Of a DNA stretch of 64,000 bases, positions 20,116-34,060 are shown piece after piece. Position 1 is the first letter of the stretch, and each line of letters begins with the position of its first letter. Below the pieces are notes generated by a model. That model ran no database searches and was not told the DNA's origin. It saw nothing but the letters and a program-made list of their open reading frames with translations. The stretch is from Adineta vaga (lineage: Eukaryota > Animalia > Rotifera), in contig CP075494.1 in NCBI GenBank assembly GCA_021613535.1, positions 4,526,001 through 4,590,000 of the forward strand. Reading direction: 5' to 3'. The position numbers were made by a program, and so were the translations under genes.

Positions 20116-20519
20116 GTTTATGTCTGTGTGCAACTTCTAAAATAAAAATAAACGTGGTATTTTATTCCTTTTTAAATAATAATATGACAATAATAAACAG
20201 AATAAAAAAAAATTCATTTCTAAAATTACTACGATTGGTTGCTACGATAAGAACGATAAAATATGCACGAAAAGAAAAAGACGTATGTTTTCAATAGGGC
20301 ACACTCATCAGGTCAAAATAACAGCATATTCATTTCTTTTGTATCACTCTTCAACTTTTGTAATAGAAAGTTCAATAGTAGAATAAATAAGCATGTCAAA
20401 TCATTTTTCAAAACAATCTTCGTTTCATATACACACATAGTCTATTCTTCACACCCTCATTGTTAATCATTCTCTTTCGCATTTACACATCAGGTATCTA
20501 AATGAAGTCTAAACCATCT

Positions 20520-21290
20520 GTACTTATAGCTTTCATTAATTTGAAAATTGTGAGATGAATATTTTCAACAGTTGGACGATTCGATGGTAATGACTCACGA
20601 AAGATAGCTCCTGTCTGTTCTAAGTAAGATATAGTCCTAGTCGATAAGCGCTACGATCAAGCTCAATACCAGCCATTTGTTTGATAAACTGCAGCGATAC
20701 CTGAATCATTGTTTTTAAGTGATTTTTCAAAAATTTTCAGAGCACGTTTACTATACGAAGAAGTGTGATTAGTTTAACTGAGTTGACGGTATACATTTCC
20801 CATATTGTTTCAGCAAGACGCTAAATCCCGATCATGATTTTGTCCAAATATTTTTGTTGCCTCAGAATAGAATCGTAATGCAGGATCATATTCTTTCTTT
20901 CGCCAATAAATATTCCCAATAGTATTTTGAACACAACCAATACGATAATCGTCTGATGGAAGTATTTTTTGATAATGCTGCAAGACTTTAGTTTGCCAGA
21001 TGAGACTATTATCAAGATCTCCTTTAGTAGCTGCAATAAAACCTAATCCTTGATAACAGTTTGGAACAAGTTTAGTTATCGGATTGTATTTCCTTAAACA
21101 TTTGAGGATAAAATTGTTCAACTTGATCATACCGGCCAGATTTTCATAGCAATGTTCCAAGCGTTGAAAGACTATTGTTTAACTGGCGAAGTTCTTTTTA
21201 TCGACATCAGTTAACTTTAATTGAAGGAATAATTCAATCAGCAGTTGATCATAAAGAAAATTTCCATTGATATTCATTGATGATCTTTTG
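20520..21290 (-). pseudogene. Degraded TPR-repeat gene fragment
   Basis: ORF 20810-21160 has TPR-like helices (CYQGLGFIA, QNTIGNIYWRKKEYDPALRFY). The flanks contain stops and frameshifts. Confidence 0.55.
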
Positions 21291-22396
21291 ATATCGTTAT
21301 AAACATGTTACTTCATTGGTGTCGTGAAAAAATAAACATGACGAGCGCGCAAAATAAGTTGTAATATTATTTTTCTTCTCCTCTAATTCTCAATCTTATT
21401 TCGTCAATATATGTGTGAGTCTTGCTTTTCTTTTCTTTATGTTTTTCATCGACAAACCATAACTTACGGTTCGAAAAAGAAGGAAGAAGACGTACTTTGT
21501 TCAGTAGTCAAATTTACCGACGATTCTATTATAGCTATATGACAAACCATTCATCTTTAATATACTGTCACTTATATACTATCACAGTATGAATATTTGA
21601 TCATCTTAACAGGTGACTTATATGAATAGATAGCAAAACAATGCTGGTACTTTGCTAGAATCGAAGAAAGGTCAATGTAGAATTGATGAGACCAAATATT
21701 ATGTGGAGTATGACGGACGTCAAAAAACAACTGTGATTTTCATAGTATCCACATACATGTATTACTAGCAACATTTTGCTTTAGATATAGTGGTGAATTG
21801 AGTTGATGCCTTTTATTACGTCAAAATAAAATTGAAGTTCAACCGGTATACAGCCGCAGCTGTCAATTCCGAGTATGCACAGTATAGAACATACTGTGAT
21901 GATGAATACAAAACTTTCAAGAACACTTTTCTTTATATTTTCTCTCATTTTTAATATGTGAAGTTTCTAGACCAGTATTGAATATCTTCATTGGTATTAT
22001 ATATCTATTATTCACATTCATCTATGCTCTGTGTTAATTTTTGATAGATCTGTGACAGAAAAAAAAGAAATATTTTAAATGATCCCTTAAAACTTTCTTA
22101 ATTCAAACCATTATCTAAAATGCCTTCATTCTCATTTAATTAAATCATATCTCTATTTCTATATTATTGCGCAGTAAATTAAAAGATTGAATATGCTAAT
22201 ATCCTGCTCTGCTATTCCATACATAATTAACATGGGGCTCAAGATATAATTGAAATTAAAAAACCATTATTAAGTTTCTTTCCCAAGTAGAAATGCGTTA
22301 AGACGTCAAGCACAGATATTATTTTCTTTTATTTAAAAGAGAACTGGTTTTATGCGTTCATTAGAAAGAAAAAAAATTGTAGAAGATAGATTCACA

Positions 22397-23423
22397 ATGT
22401 CATCATCCTATATCTCATCTTTACAATTTGCTGAAAAACAAGTGATTATCTATTTTGGGTGCCTGATCTTTATCGGAGGTATGTTAGGTGATATACTCAA
22501 TATAACTGTATTCCTTAGTCTGCAAACATTTCGACAAAGTTCATGTGCATTTTATTTAATAATTATGTCTATTGTAAATATCGGTCAATTACTTGCAAAC
22601 GTTTTACCACGTCTATTAGGCGTAATAATTGGATCTGATGGAAGTGAAACATCATTGTTTTATTGTAAATTTCGATTATTTTTTACTGTTCTTTGTACCA
22701 TAATTTCTTTGAACTGTTTTTGTCTTGCAATGATTGATCAATATTGTGCAACATGTTCTCGTCCACGTTTACAACAATTATGTAATATGAAACTTGCTCG
22801 ACGTCTCATTCTTATCTTCAGTGTTATTTGGACTTTATATGCACTTCCTTATTACATTTTTTTCAATCATATTATCTCACCAACGACCGGCAAAGTGATC
22901 TGTACTATGACTAACACAGTCTATATACAATTTCGTGCTTATTTTGGTTCACCCGTTGTCATCGGATTTCTTCCCATTTTTATAACAGTGACATTTGGTT
23001 TGATGGCTTACAGAAATATTCAACAAATGCGTTATTACACCGTGCCACTTATTCGACGTGAATTGGATAAGCAATTAACATTAATAGTTTTAGCACAAGG
23101 AGCTATAAATACCATTGTTCTTTCGCCATATACGATCACAATTATTTTTGCATTAACTACAAATGTTAGAGATGATCCAATTTTAAAAGCACAAATTGAT
23201 TTCGTTACTGATATAACTTTTACTATTGTTTGGATATATTACGCAGTAAGTACTAATAAGAATAAAATCGTATGTGAATTAGATTTGTACTTTGTTCTAG
23301 TGTCCATTCTATGTATACATATGTGTATCACATCGATTTCGACGACAATTTATTCATGTATTCTCCAAAATACATTTGCAACATTGTAAAGAAAAACCAA
23401 ATCAAGTGATGCCACAGACGTAA
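22397..23423 (+). CDS. Orphan class A GPCR (2 exons)
   Basis: 7 TM segments, AMIDQY at the TM3 end. Intron 23246-23300 restores TM7/helix 8 (CPFYVYICVSHRFRRQ). Confidence 0.85.
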
Positions 23424-24495
23424 AACAATAATGAACAACTTTTCTTTTCAGTTTGATGTCGTTATCTTGAAGATGTTTTGTTCATAACTAAAAATAAATG
23501 TATTATCTTATGTGAAATTTATCGAAATTCTTGTTTTGATAGGTCTTTAGATACATGATCGGAAACTATACTACAGTTACATATGTTCATGATTCGGAGA
23601 TGTGATAAACGTAGAACAATCAACTATTTCAAAACACGTTGCAAAAGCCACCGAAATTAATCTGATGAATAGGAAATAGATTGTATTATAATTCCAAACA
23701 GTATGTACATTGTGACCTTAAGTAATAATGGCGTAGTTTCAATTCAATCACCCATTATGCGGTTTTCATTCATGTCTATTCAGTATTCATTTGAATATCA
23801 CAATCGTAATGAGCTTTGTATTTTTTTTCTTCGTAAATCTATTGAAATAAATACTTATGCAATAACTTACCTGTATAAAAATGGATCTTTCACTGAAAAT
23901 AATGAGTCATATAAGTTTCGTCTTACGATTCTTCCTTTATTTTTCATTCGTACAGCAGTAACATGATATGAAAATCCAAATGTGATATGGAATTTTTTAA
24001 ATAATCTTTCTCAAACTGTCTAGAAAAAGAAATTTGACTGAAGGAGTTTAATACTTGGTCAGCTGTTTAAGTTCATTCTACAAGCATCGTTTACCTTCAC
24101 TAAGACACGATACACTATTGAATGAATCGATATCTCAAAAAATTGGTGTAAGTTAGAACTCTGGATAAATGGCTCCTGATGTTCATTAAAATCTTTAACA
24201 ACAATTTTTTACACAGACCTTAAGTTATTTCTATTTTTAATAATTAATAAGCATATTTACTTGACATATTTTTAAAAAAAACAAATAATTTACTCATCAT
24301 AGAAGCCTTTCATACAAGCAATATCATATCAGAACACTTAGCTGTATTGATGGTTTCAGACTCGCATTGTCATCGATGTTACACTCATTCAATACAGATT
24401 TTCATTTCTATGTGTTTCTGTCACATCTATTAGGTTTACAAACAGTTGGATTTTCTTTCTCAAGATTTATTTCATATCATTTGATAACAGATAAG

Positions 24496-25986
24496 TTAGC
24501 ACATGGAATCTTTTTTTTCATTTATATCGTCATTAATCTTCGTCCATTCAAATCCTAATAATTGTAATCCAATGATGGTACCATCACTCAATGATTCAAA
24601 CTTGATGGAAAAACCATTTTCCTTGACAAAAAAATCCATATCAGATTCTGGATACAGAAGATATTCTTGTCTACTCGAAAGTTGGTTAGCGCGTAATTGA
24701 TTACTTTCAACGGTAATCAGTAAAGTAGCGTTTTCTTGAGCCAAGAAATATGTTCCAGCAAATCTGGCTAATTTTGAGAGTGACAATGTCACTATAGTTT
24801 TCGTTATTGGTTTATGAAAATCCCATTCGTAAGTAATGGCAATACTTCGGACGAGTTCCGTAATTAAATTCATTCCATCATCTGAATTAGTCATAATTAC
24901 TGCACCTTTACCTGAATATGCAGTACCAAATAAGAAAGATCGAAATCCTTCATTAGCACCAGTATGACCAAAAGCTAAAGAGTCTTGATCACCATAAACA
25001 GTAGGACCTAAACCCCAATCGCCTAAGTGTTTCGTCAACATCTGTTCAGTCATATCTTGTGAAAGAATTTGATTCGATTGATTTTGTAGAGATTTTTGTA
25101 TTTCAATTATATAAAGAGCTAAATCAGATGGTGTAGTCCATAGTCCAGCGGCTGCACTTTCTGGATATATGTACCAATTGTCAGGTATTTTTTCACCACG
25201 TAATCGATGACCGATGCTTGCTCGTAGTTGCCATGATCGAGGTAATGTCTGTTCAAAAGTACTATGCTTCATACCAATGGGAGAAAGTATAGAACGTTGC
25301 ATTAATGAAGAAAAACTCCATGCAGTCACATCTTCTAATAATTGTTGTAAGAGAACATATCCACCACCTGAATATCGCCAAAGAGTTCCTGGAATCTGAT
25401 CAGAAATAATAGGCCGTGAATTTGCTGGTTTTTCTCCGTTGAGTATTTGAATAAGTGTAGGTATTGTTTCATTGTGAGTATAACCGGGAAAGCCATGCAC
25501 AGTAAGACCAGCTGTATGTGTAAGAAGCCCTCGTAATGTAATCGGTTTGTTTTCTGTGAAAGATGTATTTTTTACTTTCCATGAACGAAGATATGTATTG
25601 ACATTTTCATCTAGATCAAGTCTATCTTGTTCTACCAAACGGAGAGCCGCCATTGCGGACACTGTTTTGCTAATAGAAGCTGCTTGAAATAATGTTAATG
25701 TATTGGCTTTCTTCACATGGTTCACATCGAGATGACCGTAAGCTTTTGTCCATTCGATGACTCCGTCATTTATTATAGCTATACTAACAGCAGGTACATG
25801 ATAATGTTTCATTCGTTCGTGAATTGTAAATGTTGAAGACAATTCACCTTCAATTTCAATCGCGTAACGTAATCCATTTTCCACTTCTTTTATTTTTGAA
25901 ATTGTATTATCATCAGTTAATATAGTTTGTAAGAAGCACAGCTGCCAGAATAATGTAATCACAAGCAAAATCGCTTTATGTCGCAT
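24496..25986 (-). CDS. Serine hydrolase, class C beta-lactamase/PBP family with C-terminal DUF3471-like domain
   Basis: Signal peptide; FQAASISK (SxxK), LLTHTAG, YSG and HTG motifs; intronless. Confidence 0.9.
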   Translation of the reverse strand: MRHKAILLVITLFWQLCFLQTILTDDNTISKIKEVENGLRYAIEIEGELSSTFTIHERMKHYHVPAVSIAIINDGVIEWTKAYGHLDVNHVKKANTLTLFQAASISKTVSAMAALRLVEQDRLDLDENVNTYLRSWKVKNTSFTENKPITLRGLLTHTAGLTVHGFPGYTHNETIPTLIQILNGEKPANSRPIISDQIPGTLWRYSGGGYVLLQQLLEDVTAWSFSSLMQRSILSPIGMKHSTFEQTLPRSWQLRASIGHRLRGEKIPDNWYIYPESAAAGLWTTPSDLALYIIEIQKSLQNQSNQILSQDMTEQMLTKHLGDWGLGPTVYGDQDSLAFGHTGANEGFRSFLFGTAYSGKGAVIMTNSDDGMNLITELVRSIAITYEWDFHKPITKTIVTLSLSKLARFAGTYFLAQENATLLITVESNQLRANQLSSRQEYLLYPESDMDFFVKENGFSIKFESLSDGTIIGLQLLGFEWTKINDDINEKKDSMC

Positions 25987-26951
25987 GAAGAAATAGAAGA
26001 AAAGTATGTCAATAATTTGAACTTTAAATCGATACTGACAGTCTATATTATCTGTTTTTATATTGTTCTTTTGCTAACGAAAAATAAATTATACTAATCC
26101 TTATTTACCATTTACATTGAAATGTTGTTGAGCTAGTTAAGCTTCTAATATATAATCTCTGTGAAAGTTATAATTGCAGAATATGTATGTGAATATTCAT
26201 GGATTGATTTATTACGAAAAGTTACGGTGGATTTATTCTGTGGAATTTCAGAAGTATGTCTGATACATACAACATATATCTAATACTCGAAAGTTAAAAT
26301 CAAGTTTTCAACTATTTCAATTCAACTACTCATTCAAGTCCTTTTCGAAATGTCGACCGAAAGTATCTGAATATTTGAGTAATTTAAGTGAATTTTTGAG
26401 TATTCCATAGGTTGAAACAGAAAATGGGATTTTTGAGAACATAATTTAAACAAGCTTTGTGTTCTATAAAAGATTCTTGTTCGTATAATGCTGAGACGGA
26501 AAGCAGTTCAATTTTTATTTATTGATAATGACTTTTTCGGATCATGTATTTTTATCCCAAAAACATACAATGACACAATTCTTTTTCTTATGCTCTATAA
26601 AATCTGTTGAAAACTTTACTACATTCATCGCATTTACTGCAGCACTAGTGGTATTGAGCAAAAATCGACATAAATGTTGCTCTCAATGAGACAAATGAAA
26701 GAAATACACTATTAATATCCTATTTATTATGAAGAGAAAAAGCACTGTACTTTTACATTCAATGACCTTTTCTTCTTTCTTTCAATATCATTATTCTTCA
26801 GTTACGTGGTATGTAGGTGTTAATTATTTTTATAAAAACAATATACCTATACCGATATAAATTACATTTCTTTTCAGAAAAAGCAGCACTTCCACACTGA
26901 TCAATATATACATTCTATTTGAAAAGTAAAATCTTCTCGTACTCTTCATAA

Positions 26952-27710
26952 ATGTCTTGTATGCAAAAACGTGACGATCATTGGACCTATGATGATCCAT
27001 GTGAATGGTCAAAGTATTTCTCATCTGCTGCTGGATTATGCCAATCACCAATCGACATCAAAACAAACGAACTTATCATTCACTCCTATCCACCATTTGT
27101 ATTTTCCCATAGATACAATTCGAATGAAATATTCAAATTAGTTAACAATGGACATCAAGTTGCAGCGACATTATCTGATCATACCTATGGACAAAGTGGC
27201 AGAGATCTATGGTTTACAGGTGGTGGTATCGAAGGAAAATTTTATTTTCTCAATTTTCATCTACATTGGGGACGAAATGATCGTCATGGTTCAGAACATG
27301 AAATTAATGGACGACGTTATCCAGCCGAAGCACATATTGTTTTCAAAAATCATGAAACTAGTCAAATCGCTGTTTTTGCATTTCTCTTCACGGTTACAGA
27401 TCGTTGGTATGAAGAAAATCTTGAATGGGAAAAATATTGTGATGCTGCCAGTCAATTAATCAATATCAATGACACAATTCAATGTATGTTTAATCTTAGT
27501 CAACTGATGCGAGCAAATGAACGGCAATTCTTTCGTTATATCGGAAGTTTAACAACACCACCATGTACAGAAGGGGTAATATGGACAATATTTACAGATA
27601 CAATTCCGATAAAAGAAGAAAGTTTGAATCAACTTCGTCAAAATCTGATGAGAAAAGTGTATCGACCGGTGCAGCCATTAAATAATCGAACAGTTCTTAT
27701 ATGTAACTGA
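26952..27710 (+). CDS. Alpha-carbonic anhydrase (copy 1)
   Basis: QSPIDI, FHLHWG, GSEH, EAHIV and GSLTTPPCTEGV motifs; three Zn-binding His intact. Confidence 0.95.
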   Translation: MSCMQKRDDHWTYDDPCEWSKYFSSAAGLCQSPIDIKTNELIIHSYPPFVFSHRYNSNEIFKLVNNGHQVAATLSDHTYGQSGRDLWFTGGGIEGKFYFLNFHLHWGRNDRHGSEHEINGRRYPAEAHIVFKNHETSQIAVFAFLFTVTDRWYEENLEWEKYCDAASQLININDTIQCMFNLSQLMRANERQFFRYIGSLTTPPCTEGVIWTIFTDTIPIKEESLNQLRQNLMRKVYRPVQPLNNRTVLICN

Positions 27711-28090
27711 CACTACTACTATTTTTCAATGTCAATACAAATAAATACATTATGTATTGCACTTAATAGTACCGATGAAAAAGTGCCTTTTACTCTTTCT
27801 CTGTCATTTATGTTCGATATAACATTATAGTTGTTTCGTTCTTCATTCTCTATTTCAGTTAAACTGTGTCATCTATCATAACTAATATAAAGAAGCAAAA
27901 TACTTCCTTTTTTTATACTTAATCTTTGTTTCTCGTTCAATCATGCATTCTAGTTAATCTTAATCAAGTATTTTTCTGATAATCTGTCATGAAGTGCATA
28001 TTTAAAGGATAAAAAATGTGCAGGTTTTAGTATCTATACGTAAGGAAATGTTTACATGCTATATTTCCGTGTTTATGTTTCTCATTTAAC

Positions 28091-28852
28091 ATGTCTTGTA
28101 TGACACACGATCATGATGATTGTTGGGACTATGATAATCCTTCAGAGTGGCAAAAATATTTTCCATTAGCCGCTGAGTTTTACCAATCGCCAATTCATAT
28201 CAATTCACAACAAACGATTCTTTATTCTTACCCTACACTTGTATTTTCCACTAAATATTATCCGAATGAACTATTCAAATTAGTTAACAATGGACATCAA
28301 GTTGTTGCGACATTAGCTGATCGTACGTACGGGCAAAGTGATAAAGATTTATGGTTTCATGGAAGTGGATTGATCGGTCGATTTTATTTTGTTAATTTTC
28401 ATTTACATTGGAGTCAAGATGATCAACATGGATCAGAACATGAAATCGATGGTCGTCAATTTCCAGCCGAAGCACATGTTGTTTTCAAAAATCATGAAAC
28501 TGGTCAAATCGCTGTTTTTGCATTTCTCTTCACTGTCACCAATCACTTGCAAAAAGGAAATAAAGAATGGGAAAAATACTGTGATGCTGCCAGTCAATTA
28601 ATCAATATCAATGATACAATTCAATGTATGTTTAATCTTAATCATCTTATGGAAACAAATGAACGACAATTCTTCCGTTATGCGGGAAGTTTAACAACAC
28701 CACCATGTACAGAAGGGGTGATATGGACAATATTTACAGATACAATTTCGATAAAAGAAGACAGTTTAAAACAACTTCGTCAGAAGGTAATGAGAAAAGT
28801 CTATCGACCGATACAACCATTAAACGATCGAACAGTTTTTCGTAATGATTAA
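28091..28852 (+). CDS. Alpha-carbonic anhydrase (copy 2, tandem)
   Basis: Same motifs as copy 1; tandem paralog. Confidence 0.95.
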   Translation: MSCMTHDHDDCWDYDNPSEWQKYFPLAAEFYQSPIHINSQQTILYSYPTLVFSTKYYPNELFKLVNNGHQVVATLADRTYGQSDKDLWFHGSGLIGRFYFVNFHLHWSQDDQHGSEHEIDGRQFPAEAHVVFKNHETGQIAVFAFLFTVTNHLQKGNKEWEKYCDAASQLININDTIQCMFNLNHLMETNERQFFRYAGSLTTPPCTEGVIWTIFTDTISIKEDSLKQLRQKVMRKVYRPIQPLNDRTVFRND

Positions 28853-29079
28853 AAACTACATATTATTTCTAACACTTGATGTATATGCTTTTTGCTTTCA
28901 ATGTCGATGAATAAATTAAAACTATATCCATCTGTTGATTAGTTTTAGTTGCATTTCCGTCGTTGTGCGGATATCACATAAAGATAAAAGCCCGTTTTTC
29001 TTTGATTCTCCTTTTTATTCAAAATGTTTTACAGAAAAACAGTATACTGATCGTTGAATGTAAGTTGATTAATTTTGAA

Positions 29080-32000
29080 ATGAATATTTTATTATTATCG
29101 ATCATTATCATTATTACAAACATTGACATATTCATTAATTCCTATCCAAATGAATGGGGACCTTTCAATAATCTTCACAAGACAGATGTAACATCGATCG
29201 ATTTATATCATGATTGTTTCTATATTGCGATAATCAATGTTGGTACTTACAATGAAAAGAAATCGACAGTTAAACAGCTTATCGAATATTGTATTCGATC
29301 AGAATTCAAAGATGAAATATATTTGAATGCAAATTCAATATCATCTATATTAACGTTTTCTCAATTGAAGCAAAAGCATATTACTATCGAGAATCTAATT
29401 GAATGGTCGAGTCCAATAGATCTTATTGAACGTTATAGTAAATTTTTGTTTGAAGATACATCTTTATCGCTTGAAAAATTTTACAATTGTACTTCACCAT
29501 GGTTCGGATTATTCTGTCAATATAAACTTATTTTTACTCAACCATTCACAAGTTTCATAAAGACAGTATTTGATGAGCATCGCAGTCCCGGGTTGGATGG
29601 AAGTTTTACCTGTTATATTCATATGAAATGTAACTATAGTTTTCCATCTATTTGTCTCGATTGGCGTGATATATGTGATGGAAAAGTGGATTGTCTTGAC
29701 GATGGTGAAGATGAAAAAGATTGCTTACAACTTGAATTCAATCAGTGTGATGAAAAGGAATATCAATGTCGAAATGGTATGTGTATTCATGAAGAATTTC
29801 TAATGGACGAAGTTTTTAGTACAATTAGTCCAGAATGCTTGGATGTATCGGATGAAAATCCCTACAAATTAGGCGCGTCATGCTCATATGAGTTACCTTT
29901 CAATGTGAAGATCTCATATGTCGACTTCCTTCGCAATTTAGTTGTGGAAATCGTGAATGTCTTAACTCTCCTGTTCCATCAAAAGCAACTTCTTGTCGTA
30001 ATAAACGGGATCGCATGTTCAATTATCTTCTCAACTGGCACAATCCTAATGATCAACTATATCCACGTTGCATTAAAATGCTTATGTGTGCATTAGATCT
30101 GTCTGTAGGGGAATCTTTTGATTATTATTGTAAAAGTCTATGTAACAACAAACAAGAATGTCAAATTGAAATTCGTCAAACATGTCCATCTGCATTCATT
30201 GCTCCTCTCTTTCCAGTATGGGATAATCATGTAAGATTGGGTTATTTTTCTAATCAAACATTTACTAGACCACAGTTCGTATGCTATAATTCAACACTTT
30301 GCCCATTTCTAATTCCAACATTGATCGTGGATAATTATACATGTATACATATCGATAAATTAAATCTGAGAGATTCTCTTTGGTTTTACGAAATATTCGT
30401 TGCATGTCATCGTTTTCATCGAATAGAAAATGAAAAATATTATTCAGAATCGACCATGCTGTATTGTTTGGGAATGGATAAATATATTCCGAAACGACAA
30501 GTTATGGATGGAATTGTTGATTGTCCTCATTCGTTCGATGAATCACTTATGGTAAATTCATGTGCATTAAATGATAAGTACCGTTTCCAATGTACATCCG
30601 AAAACAGATGTCTTTCACCCAGGCTGGCCGGCGATAATACAAAGCATTGCTTTGGAGGAGAAGATGCATACTTTGTTGATGGTCTACATAATGATATCTA
30701 TCGATTTCCTTTTTCTGCATTTTGTGATAATTGGAATGATTTCGCTTCTCTTACAAATGATACCGATGAAACTGATTGTGAGCAATGGCCATGTGTAAAT
30801 CAATATACACGTTGTAATAATGTATGGAATTGTCCAAAAGGTATTGATGAATTAAATTGTTCATCAGTATTTCGATGTCCTGCAGATCATCATCCCTGTC
30901 TTTCTCCAAAGACTTCTAAGATGGATTGTTTACATATTAATTATACTGAAGATGGTACTGTTGATTGTCTTGGAGCAACAGATGAGCGGTCCCATTGTCA
31001 GTCATTGTATCCGAAAGATTATCACAAACGTTATCGTTGTTGGAATGATACGACTTGTGTTCAAGTTACAGATCGTTGTGACAAATGTTATGAATTCAAT
31101 AATATTGATCAATTATGTGGTCAAAATTATCACAAGATTCGTGATATTATTGTTTATTTAGAATCTACAGCAGATATTACCTTTTATAACAAACGATTTT
31201 TTTCCCATCAATCTTCACAGATTTTACCTTTGATCGAACAATTTTCAACAGAATCATATAAACATATGCGTAACAATATGATACAGACTACGAAGCTCGA
31301 TTTACGTGATTACAAACTCGATCGACATGCGCAACGATGCTATCGAGGTATACTAGTTCTTGTTGGACAAAATCAAACACAACGTTGTTTTTGTCCAGCC
31401 AATTATTATGGTCGGTTTTGTCAATATCAAAATCAACGCATTACTTTAACAATTCGATTACGACAAGAATATTTAGTTCAAATTCATATTATTGATCTGG
31501 TTATTCGCTTTGCTGATCATACTGGTCGTATTCATTCTTCGGAACAAATTACATATATTCCTGTTACAAGTTGTAATACAAAATACAATATGTATCTTCT
31601 CTATCAAGATCGACCGAAAGATATGCAAAAGAATTACACGATCTATATCGATGCATATGGTAGAGTAGATCTTGTATATCGTGCAAGTTGGTTATTTCCA
31701 GTTAAATTTCTTTTCATGCCGGTCAATCGTATGAGCGTTCAATTGATTATTCCATCTAAACAAGATTGTCAAATTATCTGTAGTTCCGAATATCTAGAAT
31801 CATTGAGAAATGATCATACTCATTCTTGTCGATGTCATTCTAGTATAGGATATCCTATCGTTAAACACAAATGTGAGTGCTCACAAGAATCAATCTGCTT
31901 TGGTTTGGTGAATAATCGATCTATTTGTCTTTGTCCTATCTATAAAACTGGACCCAAATGTTATTTAAATTCTACATGTCAAATAAACTCATGTAAGAAT

Positions 32001-33707
32001 AATGGCATCTGTATTCCTGATGATTATCGTATTTCAATGACTCATTTTACATGCGTTTGTTCTGATGGATTTTCTGGTACGTACTGTGAAGAGAAAGATG
32101 TTCGAATTGATATATCATTTTCTAATATCAATATTCCACAATCATTTCTTGTTCATTTCATCGAAAGTATCAACTATACTATAATGGCGAAAGATTCAGC
32201 ACCCGTCCGAATAACAATGTTCACGAAAATGCCATTTGATCAAAAAATAGCTACTATCAATATGTCATTATCGTTTCATTTGATGTTTGCACAAATAGAA
32301 AATAGTTATTATCTCGTCGTTCTTCAACATATCTATCGATCATCTATTGTTATTTCAACACAAATTTCTCCATCACAACGTTGCCGACATATTCATGAAC
32401 TATTCAACCAAACTATTGTTGATTATCCAATTCTTCGTCGTGTTAAATTCTATCATCTCGCTTGTCAAGAACATTCCGATCTAATGTGTTTTCATGATAA
32501 TGAAATATTTATGTGTTTATGTACAAAAGAACGACATGCCAATTGTTTTCATTTCAATTTTACAATGAATTATGATTGTTTAGGTCAAAATGATTGTCAC
32601 AATAATGCACAATGTTTTCAAGATCATCCACATTGTCCAAAGAAAACGATATGCGTCTGTCAAGAATGTTTCTATGGTGACAAATGTCAATTAGGTACTA
32701 AACATTTTGGTATTTCACTAGATGCTATTTTAGGTTACCATATTCATTCACACTTATCCATTATTCAACAAACATTACCTGTGAAGATTAGTATTACTAT
32801 TGCAACATTCATATTAATTATTGGATTTGTTTGTGGAATTCTATCAAATATTACATTTCGATCAAAAGCAACTCGAATAACTGGTTGTGGTCTTTATATA
32901 TTTATATCATCGATCACGTCAATGATGACTATAATTATCTTTTATATGAAATTATGGTTTCTTATTGTTTCACAAATGAATATTATTACTCATCGATCTG
33001 TTCTTTTGATTCATTGTATTTCAATTGAATTCATTCTTCGAGATTTATTAGCAAGTACTGATTGGATTCATGCATGTGTCACTGTCGAACGATTTCTTAT
33101 CGTTTTTCTTGGTGTTCGATTCGATAAAACAAAAAGTCGATACTATGCCAAAATAATGATTAATCTTATTTTTCTTTTGACTACTATTTCTTTTCTTCAT
33201 GATCCAGTTCATCGTCGTCTATCTCATAATACTGAAGAACAACGAACATGGTGTTTAACTGCTTATCGATCAAATATTGAAATTTATAATAAATTTATAA
33301 ATATTTTTCATTTTATTATTCCATTTGCAATGAATTTTATTTTTGTGCTTGGAATTATTATTCTGACAGCAAAACGACATTCACAAGCTAGAAAACAAGC
33401 TACTTTTGCACAACAATTAAAAGATGAATTTGATCGTCATAAACATCTGATTCTTAGTTCAATTCTATTGATTATTTTGGCAGTACCACGTTTAATTATT
33501 TCCTTTCTACCTAATTGTATGAAATCACCCAAAGAATACAAACTATATTTAGCTGGTTATTTTCTTTCATTTATTCCACCACTCTTACATTTTTTCATAT
33601 TTGTATTAACATCTCGAGTATACAAGAAAGAATTTAAGATACTTATGCGGCGAAAGTGGAAAAATCTAAGACGATGTGTTCGTTCAAATCCAATTTTTCA
33701 AAGATAA
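29080..33707 (+). CDS. Large LDLa/EGF-repeat ectodomain 7TM receptor (one frameshift at ~29892)
   Basis: Signal peptide, LDLa repeats (CLDWRDICDGKVDC), EGF repeats and a C-terminal rhodopsin-like 7TM (VTVERF). The Cys-rich frame (TFQCEDLIC...) continues upstream of ORF 30015 to ~29892. Confidence 0.85.
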
Positions 33708-34060
33708 ACTTAAATATTCAAGCTTTATTTTCTTGCTTTTCGACGAATAAATATTTCTTAAATTAACTTTTTTCTATTCAATATGATTACAAAAGAAAGA
33801 CATAATTCTACGTAGCAATAGATATTCAAATAACCGAGCGAATTTCTGTAGAATATCATTGTTTTTAATAATGAAAAGTTCTACACAATCAAAATTTGTT
33901 CTATTTTCTCATGGAATATTAAATTTTTATTTGAAAAACCTGATTGAATTTTCTTTGTAATTGTATTTTTTGCATTCGAATGTGTATTCAATCAAATAGC
34001 GAGTATAAATGACTGAATTAGAAATATCGAAAGATATCCACCCTTTTTTTTTGATAAATA

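Noticed and set aside
27148-27459. Conserved alternative-frame ORF in the carbonic anhydrase copies (also 28389-28601, 42061-42333)
   Set aside because: A by-product of paralog nucleotide similarity; lengths differ and there are no protein features.
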